The notes under the pieces: generated by a model
Database searches by the model: none
Told to the model about the DNA's origin: nothing
What the model saw: only the letters and a program-made list of their open reading frames with translations
Assembly: GCA_003344405.1 (NCBI GenBank)
Contig: NOWV01000002.1
Span: 868,001-932,000, forward strand
Direction: 5' to 3'
DNA length: 64,000 nt
Source of the DNA: Trichoplax sp. H2
Lineage: Eukaryota
Made by a program: the position numbers and the translations under genes
Shown here: positions 1 through 16,768 of the stretch, piece after piece
How the letters are laid out: every line of letters begins with the position of its first letter
Position numbering within the stretch: position 1 is the first letter of the stretch

Positions 1-939
1 CAATAAATACGCGTCAAATTGAAGTCAATTGATGAAGATGATTCGGTTGGTTATCGCTCTTAAATTCCATGGCAACATTTATCGCTTGTTATATCAAAAG
101 ATGATATAGCACTTACCGACAGCTATGATGAAAATACGATTTTAATTACGACAAGCTTGGTGTATTCAAATTTTGAGAAATTTCTTTAAACTATGCAGTA
201 AGAGATGAACTCTTGTTGCTGATATAAATGGATATCTCCAAGTTCGCTGATTATTGTATTGATTGTTCAATTTCCTCTAATCCTTGCAAATTAGTATAGG
301 ACTTATTCGATTTCGCTATGGAGATCAGAGAGTACGTCTACCCTGTAATATAGTGTATTATCCATGAGTCCATCAACCAACCCTATACAGCTATCCTAAC
401 TCGATCGCTTGCGCCACTTCCATACTGATGACGGTACGGTCCAGTATCGATCTATCACGTGATAACATTTGAAATTACTTTTACATGATAATTTCCGTTA
501 ATATTCGTCGTGGGTTCATTACTAGTGTTAGTATCAATCTTTGATATTGTCAGTACGCATGCTCAGGGATAGGTTATCCAATTCATTGCTGTTATTATTA
601 TTGACCTTGATGAAGAAGTCTTCTTCAGCAGCAAAAATTACAGGGAAAACTAGGGCCGTAACCTTCAAAGAGAATTTTGCGTTATGAATAGGAGAGTTTA
701 GAGTAGTCTTATTTTTATTCTGTAGTGATAGACTGCCAGGTGTCGTATAGAACAATTTCTTGCTTTTAAAAGGAACGCTACTGTAGGCGCTATTCCAGTA
801 TAGAACTGTCTAGGACGCATGCGCTATGGGCCTTCTGCTATAACCGTGAACGATAGTGAGACTGTTATTATCGAGCTAAAACCATCATGGCGTCCGTTAT
901 GATTATCGATTCTGCGCACGAAAGATTCGTGCAGTAGAG

Positions 940-1110
940 TAGAGTACTGTACAGTGTACAGTACAGTACTGTACAGTACTTTCACTTTGCTGCGTCTAAT
1001 GTACTGTACTGTTCGCCAGCTGCACAGTGCACACTGTAGTGCACAGTACAGACGGACGGCGTCACTACTGGTCAGAGGACGGTACTTTCCAGGGTACAGT
1101 ACTGTACACC
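940..1110. promoter_or_regulatory. CAGTAC/GTACTG palindromic cluster upstream of TBC1D23
   Basis: Dense gtactgtacagtgtacagtacagtactgtacagtac runs end ~75 bp before the TBC1D23 ATG. A regulatory role is inferred from position only. Confidence 0.45.
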
Positions 1111-1184
1111 AAGTCACAGCACGCACACAACGACGACACTCAGTTCTGTTAGTCAAACATTCCCAGTGCTGCCTGCTAGCAAGA

Positions 1185-6109
<4,925 letters not shown>

Positions 6110-8390
6110 TTTATTTCCTATCAGATGTTGGTAACAATGGATATGCAAGCCTCTGTGCTGTAGTAAAAATATCTTTAGGTATGTAATATATGGTCTTATT
6201 GCTATTATAAACGGTCAATATCAGTGGAATAACTCAAGATTTGAATTATTGACAATAATTTTTAAAGACCTATACGGATATTTATGTAGCTGATTACAAG
6301 TTACGCTCCTCAAATTAATTTCGATATGCGTATGCTGCACAAAGTGATACTGAAATATGAATTGCTTATTATAATTATTATTTAGCACACATTGACATGA
6401 AGACTGTGATGTCGAATTTCATTATTCACAAATACGAAGCGATAGATTTGTCTTAGTATGTCAATTTACGTATTTAACATGCTGTCATGGCCTTTTCTCT
6501 CAAAAATAATACCGTATATAATATTTGTAATGCAATTAGTACTGTAATGGATCCTTCATTTGCTCGCAGAATTGGGAAATAGATTCGATAACGATCTACT
6601 GAGTATGTGTATTATGGAGGATCTGTTCTTGTAAACTAATTTGCACGTACACAATCGTATTATTTAAGAATGCAATCATTATTACTTTAAAAATTGTACA
6701 GTTACTACACAGATTGCTATCAATGATTATCTGTTAATTATATTGCCATAGATGATGTAAATTTAAAAACACGCTTTCCGTGAATTACCGGCTAGTCTGG
6801 TAAGAGTACTGCAATCTTTGATATGGGTATGCAGTTTACGGAGAGTGCGTTAGTGATTACATCATAGTTATAGTATCGTAAAATTGCCGATAAAAGATAC
6901 AAGTTGTGAGTACAATGATCAGATTTAATTTTATAATTTGTTATATGAGTCGATAACCTTGATATTATTATTTAAGCAATGTTGTGCGTATAAATTATTA
7001 CCACGTATTCGTTATTTACTAAAGTTCAACCAATTAGTGCGCATTTTTCTTCCTTAAAGAAACATCTATCATTAAATATTGACATGGATTTTGTTGCATG
7101 ATAGTAGTATATTGCAATCAGTATGAAACTGTAATACGTAGTTATGCTGCCCAGTTGTGGCTGTATTCCCAACGATACTTTGCAATAGTGTATTTTTTTA
7201 TCATTGTATGTTATGTTCTTGCCGTTATCAATCTATCAATTTAGTTTTAATATTTAACAGCATGGTAGACTGAATGATGATATTTCAAGCTCGGAAAGAT
7301 GACAGCATAACTTTATTTCATCTTTAATCAGCTAACGGTAGTGACAGCGAAATTGTTTAGAGGAAAAACATTTTTAATAAAAGATATAATAATAATAATT
7401 AATCGCTGTTAACGTAAGTTATTAATAAATTTATGGGGGGCGATTATCTCTTACTATTCTATTCGTATTAGCTTATGTCTCCGTATGATCATTTTTAAAT
7501 TTACATGTCAAAGCACCAATTTTGGTTGTATCTGGTGTTTTTTTTCGAACGGAACAATCTACAGGAGTCACTATTATAATTAGCCCTATGAGAGAGTAAT
7601 AAAGGCATTATGGAAGCATGATAAACGTTCCCGTAGTCAGTTGCAAGACTACCATATATGCAAACATCATTCGAGACTTAATTGTTATCGATAATTCAGT
7701 ATAGAAATGATTTCTTGGCACTCCGTTGCGCATAACAGTATATATTTGTAAGAACGAATTTGCATTATTGAGAATTTAATCATAATAAGAAGTTTTCGAT
7801 GGAAAGAATTAAGATTGAGATCCTCATTCCAAAGTGCTCGTTTTGACGATTTGATATCTATGGTATTGCAGATATTCGATATTCTATTGTAGACAAAATA
7901 TTCGACGACCAGACACGAATGAAACGTTTGCATTTCACGCAAAGAGTGTTTTTGTTTTAGATGAAGTTTTATTACAGTTAAACTAAAGATTTTACTACAT
8001 CTACGATACTACAATACTGAAAAATTGAATATTGCAGTACAGTAAAGACATGGATGACCTTGTTAAGCTATCTTCTTTGACAAACAGCACTTCAAGCTAA
8101 TTTAAGATCACTTTGGTTTACAAATTTTAAATTGTATATCAGTAAACAAGATTTTTCAATTTATTGTAGTATCTTTAGCTTTATGTCACAGCATTATTTA
8201 CGTATTGTCAGTTTAATATGTAGGAGAAAATCTAGTAAGATCGACATGTACAGCAATAAGATGTAGACATAATCAACTATAGTTGGTATTCCAATTTGGC
8301 AGCAATATAGTACGCTTTTCATCATAACATCAAAGAGTCTCCCAATGATTATCAATTCATCATGCTCTTCCAGGTACTTTGAGCTTTTAA

Positions 8391-11300
8391 TTAACCCATA
8401 CGAATACTTTGGATCATTTGAAAGATAGCTGAAAAGTATTTATAGAGAAGGAAGTATGTTAATTGTATAAGATAAATTATTATCCGGCCATAAATTAGCA
8501 AACGAACCTGATCCGCAAACAAGAAAAATGAATAATCCCAATACGATAGTACCAACGGGTGCTTTATCTTGTTTAGGAGACTAGAAAGAGTAGAAAATTG
8601 AGTACATTGATTCTAATAATCACAATCAATATACTCTGTGCGAAGTGACATCGAGTAATGTAAATGGTAAAATAGAAAGTATAAGTACTGTACAGTAAGC
8701 GAAATATCACCAGCGAGGGTTCTACTTGGTCAATCATAAAGATATCACGTGAATAACGAGATGCTGTCTTTTCTTCCTTTTACTAATTACAAAATTGAAC
8801 TTTTTTCAATTGTTATCAATACTGTATGATCTCATGTTACTTTTAATATTAATCATCTAAGGAATCATTTACGGCTAAAGCTTGGTAGACAATATACTGT
8901 ACAGTAAGCAAGGATGTCGATTTCCTGCTGATCTTGTAGAAACACTAGGGTTCTACAGGTCGATAAATGATATTGACAATTGAATGACATTGAACAATCC
9001 GACAGCGCATAATGAAAACCTAGAATTTTAACATCCAATGATCGAACTTGCGAAAAGCATTACTGTAAAAAATCATAAATTTTATACAACATCAGTGATT
9101 CAAGAACGATATTGACGGTATACACACGCTGTTATTCTACGGTACTGTACCACCGATGAAGAATAGTTTTTAAAGGAGAAATTTAAAGTAAGCGCACACT
9201 AACAATCTACTAACAATCACTCTTGTTGTATCTATCGATCGCACATTCAACGATTTCCTCAAAGTTATTTGTAGCGTGTAAACAAAGAAGTTCTTGAGCT
9301 CATGGCATCAAATATCCCTAAATATGGCGTTGAATTCTCACGTCGGTGTTGCTGTATAACTCGTATCTTATTGTGCTTACATTTTTTACGGNNNNNNNNN
9401 NNNNNNNNNNNTCCTGCTGATCTTGTAGAAACACTAGGGTTCTACAGGTCGATAAATGATATTGACAATTGAATGACATTGAACAATCCGACAGCGCATA
9501 ATGAAAACCTAGAATTTTAACATCCAATGATCGAACTTGCGAAAAGCATTACTGTAAAAAATCATAAATTTCATACAACATCAGTGATTCAAGAACGATA
9601 TTGACGGTATACACACGCTGTTATTCTACAGTACTGTACCACCGATGAAGAATAGTTTTTAAAGGAGAAATTTACAGTAAGCGCACACTAACATGGACCG
9701 TTTTGCAAGTCTTATAAGTACTATAAAGTCGACGACTATACAGCGGACCTTTGTATGCAGTATCTCCACTAGCAGCAGTAAACAATCTACTCTTGTTGTA
9801 TCTATCGATCGCACATTCAACGATTTCCTCAAAGTTATTTGTAGCGTGTAAACAAAGAAGTTCTTGAGCGAATGGCATCAAATATCCCTAAATATGGCGT
9901 TGAATTCTCACGTCGGTGTTGCTGTATAACTCGTATCTTATTGTGCTTACATTTTTTACGGATAAATTGATCATTAAAATTGATGAGTTAAGGCAGCCTT
10001 GTGTAGAAAAGAAAAGAATCCGAAACTAATCTATCTAATGTGTCAGGCACAATGATTTGTACAGTATATTGTTCGCTGACAACTTTATTACTTATTCTAA
10101 TGGCGCATGGCATAAAATATTGATAAAGCTCTTTCGTGTTGTAGTCGTGTTCATAAAAAGCAACATCCTATGTGTAGTATACAGTCCCTGCTTTTACTGT
10201 AAGCATTCAAAACTACTTTTTGATGTAGTCTATTGGAGACATTTTGATACATGAATCGAATAATACTGGTGTGAACATCATGATCATTGTATATTTCCCT
10301 AATACTGGCTGAATAACTCGGTTTCAATGGGTTACAAAGTAGCTTAATTAATACTATGGACTAGTCAAGATGCCCTAGGGCATCTTGAAGTAGTCCATGC
10401 TAATACAGTATTGTAGCTTTTGATATGAATCAGTGAGAGTGTAATGTATACGTATAATAATACAGTAATGCATACGCCGTTTTTTCTCATGTTTCTTTCC
10501 TCATTGGCATGATCGTAGCTTGCTCAATATTGTACTAGTAGGTTTACTGTACGTTAGAATTGATAACAACCCCCAAAAACGCCATTAGTATCCTGTACTG
10601 CTAAACTAGCTTAAGTTAAGAAAGTAATCCTAATGTTATCCATTCGTCGCTGTGTTATTAGCTTCTGCCGTACAGTTAAAGGATTAATTTCCTGTTTCTT
10701 TTATGAATCAACATGATCGCAGATTAATCAGAGATTCAGAGTAGTCTAGCTTTATAGTGCAGTCGATGAGATATGAAACGGCAACCACTTTCGTTGTTTT
10801 GCCTCCCCCCTCCCTTCCCCAAAATTTCATCATTGCAACGTATTCTTTTAATTTATGTAGATTTAATACTACTGTAGCTTCTAGTGTAAGATGAATATTT
10901 TCAGATGTCTCTTGATCAAAAGGATGATCAGTTCATCAGTAGTGTATCATTATTTCAAGTCATTGACTCCACTCGTTTGCATGAACATTGAACCATCGCG
11001 ATCATGTTATTGTCTAAATCTCCCTAGTTCAAACAACTCATCATCAGCAGTCCATTAGTCCGTGTCATATTCGTTCTTGATGTTGACTTGTAGTCTACTG
11101 TAGAATAGCCTTCTTTCTCCATTACCATGAGGGTAAGTGAAATAGTAGTCAAACTAATTGAACTAACCTGATCAACGTTGTTGTTTATAGAAAGCGGAAA
11201 TAACATCAGGCATGATTGAAGGCAATAACTAGGCGTTTGCGTTTAGTATTTCGATAGCACCATAGAATGGCGTAACACTAGTACAGTATAGTATTGACCA

Positions 11301-11857
11301 TGATGACAACAATGTCTCAATAGATAGGAGAACAGAAAGTGTTGGTATCCCCATCCATTGAACTGCGATAATATCGAACGATAGTGACATGATTATTAAG
11401 ATATGAAAATAGTGTGGAGGAAATGGCAGAGGAAAAAAATGTCATCATCCATCGGTCGATTAACGTGGGTATTGTACTGTATATCGGGACAAACGGCAAA
11501 TGGATTGATGACGATGGAGAAACGATCTAAACGACACCATGATGCTATTGAACATGGTCAACAAGGGAAATTGAGTCTAGAAAAATCGCTCAAGATACCC
11601 TAACTCATGTATGATGACTACTCTCTCACTACTCGTCAGTTGATTCTTGAAACCGATCGAAGTTCAACAACTAATCCAATTGGCGTCCATGTTGGCCAAG
11701 ACGATATCGGCTTGGATCGATCGTCTATCAGACGCTATCTACCATTTCTCCATATCATAATGGAAAGACTTACTTGGGTTTTCGGAACGGCGCCTCTTTG
11801 AGTGACATTCTTGCTGTATTTTTCACTAGCAATTCTCATACGCTGCTTAGCCGGCAT
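8391..11857 (-). CDS. SERP1: Stress-associated ER protein (SERP1/RAMP4), 64 aa, 3 coding exons (11857-11774, 8580-8508, 8428-8391)
   Basis: Spliced product MPAKQRMRIASEKYSKNVTQRGAVPKTQ|SPKQDKAPVGTIVLGLFIFLVCGS|AIFQMIQSIRMG* matches the RAMP4 family. Splice sites are canonical with compatible phases. Confidence 0.93.
8923..9961. repeat. Near-identical ~470/550-bp duplication flanking a 20-N gap (8923-9391 and 9412-9961); probable overlapping allelic contigs
   Basis: Copy 1 ends exactly at the gap (9392-9411) and copy 2 begins exactly after it. They differ by a few SNPs and ~80 bp extra in copy 2 (~9692-9780). Confidence 0.85.
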
Positions 11858-12148
11858 GGTGATCGCTGACGATGGGACAAGTTGTTGTTGCCAAGAAGAA
11901 AAGGAATGAAAGAAAGCCAAAAGCAAGCGGCCCGAGGTCAAATACACGCTACGCTCTCCTAGTGTAGGCACAGTATTATGCTGAAAGCGTGGCCATCGGC
12001 GGCAGACCTTGGTACTAAACCACCACAAGCGAGTTGTTATTTTTGGATGGCAGGCGAGACTGTACAGTGTATAGTACGGTGGCTCACAAAGCCACCGTAG
12101 TACTGTATTAAGCACCTGGCATGGTAAGTACGGTAGAGTACTGTACAG

Positions 12149-12305
12149 TTTTTCGAGGCCAGATTGGATGAGGGAAGTCTGTCTGTCCGACGACTACTCT
12201 CACAGTGACAGTACTGTACACTGTAAGTGCCGTATACTGGATTGTCACTGTGAGACTAGTCGTCAGACAGACAGACTTTTCTCAGCCAATCAGGCCGTGG
12301 AAAAA
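12149..12305. repeat. ~155-bp inverted-repeat element (MITE-like or symmetric promoter) with ~60-bp arms carrying mirrored CCAAT boxes
   Basis: Arm 12149-12210 (tttttcgaggccagattggatgagggaagtctgtctgtccgacgactactctcacagtgaca) is the near reverse complement of 12243-12305. The inner 36 bp differ at 2 positions. Confidence 0.85.
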
Positions 12306-12948
12306 TGGCTGCTTAGGATGGATTTTCCGGATCTGTTTTCTAAATCACGGGTACTAATTTAAATCACATTGATGGTCTTATAAAACTGTTTCCAAGTAGG
12401 ACTTAGTAGCAGATAATAAGATTCAACGTAATGTTATTACTTCCTTCATTTCAAAAAAATGACTTCATTGACATCCATCCTCTCCATACAAAAGTACTAT
12501 CCATAACCAAGTGTTTGAAACAACGTTTTGACGAGATGAGACCGAAAAGGTCTGTCCGTCCAAAAAGGGATCTGTCCACTCGTCTAGTAGTGTCCAGGTC
12601 TTCTGCCGTCTTCTGCTAGTCCATGTTGTCAGTCTGTCTGGGTGGCCTGCCACTCACATTTCCATACAGTACAGTACTGTACTGTACTGTACGAGTAAGT
12701 GCTTTGACGTCCGGTCTACAGTACAGTACAGTATACTGTACAAAATCCAATGCCAACCATGGTCATCCATGCCATGGACTAACATGGAATACTGCTCCAA
12801 ATTTCCACTGTGGTAGTCCATGGCTACTCTTACTTTCTAATCCCGATTAGAAAGTAAAATGACATGGAAATGAATCCGCCGCTGGTGACATCATTTTGCA
12901 AAGTATTGGTGTTCCAATCATCATAGAATGTGCTATACAGTACTGCAG

Positions 12949-13660
12949 CCATACTGTGCCTTGCACATTTGCACAACCTCAGCACCTAGTAATGTTGTCG
13001 ACTGTGCAAGTGTCAATGAACTACAGTAGTAAAATCCTCGCTCACCTCACCATTGAGTGGTTTACTGTAGCTATGCTGTAGCCAAGCAAATCCACCTTTC
13101 TCGATGGAGTGATTTGAACCATACTGTGCCTTGCACATTTACTCTTCCTCAGCACCTAGTAATGTTATCGACTGTGCAAGTGTACATAAACTATAGCAGT
13201 AGAACCCTTATTCGCCATTGAGTGGTTTACTGCAGCTATGCTGTAGCCAAGCAAATCCACCTTTCTCGATGGAGTGATTTGAACCATACTGTGCCTTGCA
13301 TATTTGCACTACCTCAACATGTAGCACTGTTGTCGACTGTGCAAGTGTACATATCTACAGTACAGTAGTAAAATCCTCGCTCACCTCACCACTGAGTGGT
13401 TGACTGTAGCTATACTGTAGCCAAGCAAATCCACCTTTCTCGATGGAGTGATTATAACCATACTGTGCCTTGCACATTTGCACTTCCTCAGCACCTAGCA
13501 ATGTTGTCGACTGTGCAAGTGTACATAAACTACAGTAGTAGAACCCTTATTCGCCATTGAGTGGTTTACTGCAGCTATGCTGTAGCCAAGCAAATCCACC
13601 TTTCTCGATGGAGCGATTTGAACCATACTGTGCCTTGCACATTTACTCTTCCTCAGCACC
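12949..13660. repeat. Tandem array of ~165-174-bp units (4 full + 1 partial) with alternating A/B variants
   Basis: ccatactgtgccttgca starts at 12949, 13119, 13284, 13458 and 13623. Units 1 and 3 carry aaaatcctcgctcacctcacc; units 2 and 4 carry agaacccttattcgcc. Confidence 0.95.
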
Positions 13661-14547
13661 ACTTCAGTATTGGAGGCATGACCAAATGATGTTGAAATGG
13701 CATCAACACGCGATCAAGTCTAATCATCATTGATCATTTTGATAGTTGGCAACAGATTGCTTCTTGGACAATGTTTCAGTATCATACCTAGTGAGCAAAG
13801 CATGTTTGATACAGACACTGTCCAATGCAATTTCCACTTCACAACTGTGGGATAGAGTAGGAGAGGAAGGACGGCATACTGGACGTTGCATACGAAATCA
13901 TGCTACCCAAACATGACTTCAAAGGCGATAGTCAGTTAGTAGCTAGACTGCAGTCATTGCAGTAGTGGTTAACACTGACTCCAAGTCCTTCGAAGCCGTA
14001 GTAGTAGCTGATCAAATTAATCCCAACTCGATCTTTTCCATCTTTAACGCCAACGAGTAGAGGTAAAACTTTGCTATTCAATCATTAACTACAAGGATTT
14101 TCTTCTCATGTTAACCTATCATCTCTATCCTATAACATGATGCACTATTGATACGGATACATTACCTGTTGTTACAGTAGTATCAATCGATTTGCAAGTT
14201 TGGTCATCAGCGATGAAAATGGCGGCTTTGCAACTTTGACCAATTTCAACCAATCTTGTTGTCTCAATCAGTCCAAATTCAACAAGACTAGCATTCAAGT
14301 TTCTATTCTATCGATAGCAAATCCTGTTATGCGATAAATTGCCATGTCAAAATCAACCAGTCGTAAATCGTTCAAGCAAAGCAAGGAAAAGAATAATACT
14401 CCTCATAAGGTATCATAACCTGCAGTTTGTCTCATCAACCAATTGAAAAATTTCTCCATTACTCTATGTCAGTAGTGGCAGGTAAAGTCATGCAGTAGGA
14501 TTACGCCAGCCAAGTATCCGTCAAGGCACGATAATAGCTACTCTTCT

Positions 14548-14816
14548 CTCTTCTAGTCTATCTGCTAAGACTTTCAAAATGCAATAGTAAATAGTATTTA
14601 GAAGAAAGATACATCTCCATCATACCACATCTTTTTCAACTTGTACCATGTAAATCACCCAACAACCCTACAGGTCAGACTCTCTTCCAGTCTACCTACG
14701 AACACTTTCAAAATGCATTAGTAAATAGTATTTAGAAGAAAGATACATCTCCATCATACCACATCTTTTTCAACTTGTGCTATATAAATCACCCAACAAC
14801 CCTACAGGTTAGACTC
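14548..14816. repeat. ~135-bp tandem duplication
   Basis: actttcaaaatgca(a/t)tagtaaatagtatttagaagaaagatacatctccatcataccacatctttttcaacttgt...aaatcacccaacaaccctacaggt occurs at ~14570 and ~14704. Confidence 0.9.
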
Positions 14817-16768
14817 GATTGAAGAATGAAATGATCATAAGGACAGTACAGTATTATGATGGCTATCTAACCAACAGGATTCTCATCGAGTGGTTATCAA
14901 CTCGGCTTAGATAACTTAAACCCTATTTAATTCATCCACTTGATGAGGATAATCATTCTTAGATGGCGTCCAAGAAATACAGACAACGTAGAATCACTTT
15001 TGATCCACTCAATACGATACTACAATAGTATACAGTAAGTTACACTCCTACAACGACATTCGAAAATAACGATCATGACCACAGAAGGATAAGTTTGAAA
15101 TAAAAAATCAACCTTTTTTATTGTCCATTTGACTATTCCTTCCTGTTTTATGCTACAATTCAATCAGGCTCTTTTATCAACGCGATCGTAGAGCACCTTA
15201 CCAAAAGGGTAAACGTCGTCAATAAAGCGTACAGTAGATGGTTTGAAAATAATATTTTTGGGATCGCTAGATGAACAAACTAGTCCATCATTATACTATA
15301 ATTGTTCTCTGTTTGCCTATTCTCAATCGATCTTTTCCCATTCTCGCCAACTCGTATTCTATAAGATTTCGTAATTAAGTCATCAGAAAACGACATAATT
15401 GTGAAAAATTCCCACATGACATGAAGGTAATACAGTACAGTAGTGGAAGACTGTACGCTTTTAAGGTGCCTAGATCGAGCACTACAATAATTACAAGCCA
15501 GTGTCCTAAATCGATGGGATGACCACAAAATCTTCTTGTACATTACTTTATTTTTTTGAAGAAATAATACTAATAGAATATGTGATTAATTTGCCTATCG
15601 ATGAAGAGGAAAGAAATTACACTGCGATGATATTCAATTACCATCACTTTATTGTGGCCCCTCCTGCCTGTTCAAAGCAATATTGGCCTTTCAATAAATT
15701 CACAGCCATGCATGGACGTAATCATCCTAAAAATTTTCCAGTCATTTACATATTAAAGAAATAGAGATAATAGATGATTTATTTGCCTCTGGGAGTCAAC
15801 TAGCGAAACTATAACAAAGTGAACACATCATTATATTTTATAGACTCTACTTACTATAGTCTCTTCTACTTGCATCTCAATACGAGTACAGTCTATTGCA
15901 ATAAAGATCAGGATCATGGATCGATTTAAGCGCGTTATACGAGATTACATAAAAGAAATCCAGTTAGTCTAGCATTTATTTTCCTATTGATTAGGACGAA
16001 TAAAAACGATAGTATTATCATGTTATAAATATCCTAATTCTGGCCTGTTGTTGTTACGTCTGAACATAGGCAACAAATAAATCAAAGTCATCAATAGACG
16101 TCGTCGCCGTTAGAAAATAGTTTGCTTTATTACTACATGACATAGAGGAAATTGTACATTGTATTCACCTATTCAAATTAAAAAATTGCACCAGAAAATA
16201 ATCTGTATCATCTCAACTATCTTACTTGCAGAGTAAATCGTAGTCATGCTGTAAATAGGCGAAGATTGAGATAATATCGCGCTAACACGTTAGTGCAGTA
16301 GTTTATGTTAAACGAAAAAAGATAACTAGATTTGATTCCATGTATCAGATTAAATTGCCACTACTTATTTTTTCATAAATTATAAATTGGTTCTGCTCGA
16401 TTAATAGATAGAGACTATCAATCACTTAACTACATGATGTCAATAGATTGCCAGTTTAACGGTACTACGCATAAATACGTGCAACAGAGTACTCGAATGC
16501 TATGCTATGTGTTATACTATAACAGTAAAGGATATTTACGCATACGCTCATGAATACAAAATATTTTTTTGTCATTTCGAATCATAGATAGATATAACAT
16601 TTTAACGTGTTACAATGAACTCATTAACACCTATTAATCTTAATAGACTAGTTAGAGTTGTTCATATCAGCATTTCTTGAAGCTAACTAAATGAATGGAG
16701 ACTACCAATATTCTATCCTGTGTAGGTCACGCTACCAAGATTGTTCTAATGTCAATATTTAAACATAG

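Noticed and set aside
1..900. Possible 5' exons of a gene divergent from TBC1D23, including ORF 534-755
   Set aside because: Splice-like signals exist on the minus strand (~117, ~341, ~480), but the frames contain stops and give no recognisable peptide. At most this is UTR of a gene outside the window.
8923..9961. Apparent ~500-bp tandem duplication or LTR pair
   Set aside because: The copies abut the 20-N gap exactly, which is typical of unmerged overlapping contigs or haplotypes. There is no internal retroelement sequence.
12949..13660. CRISPR-like array
   Set aside because: Units are ~170 bp and the variable parts recur (A/B/A/B) rather than being unique spacers. There are no cas genes and the context is eukaryotic.
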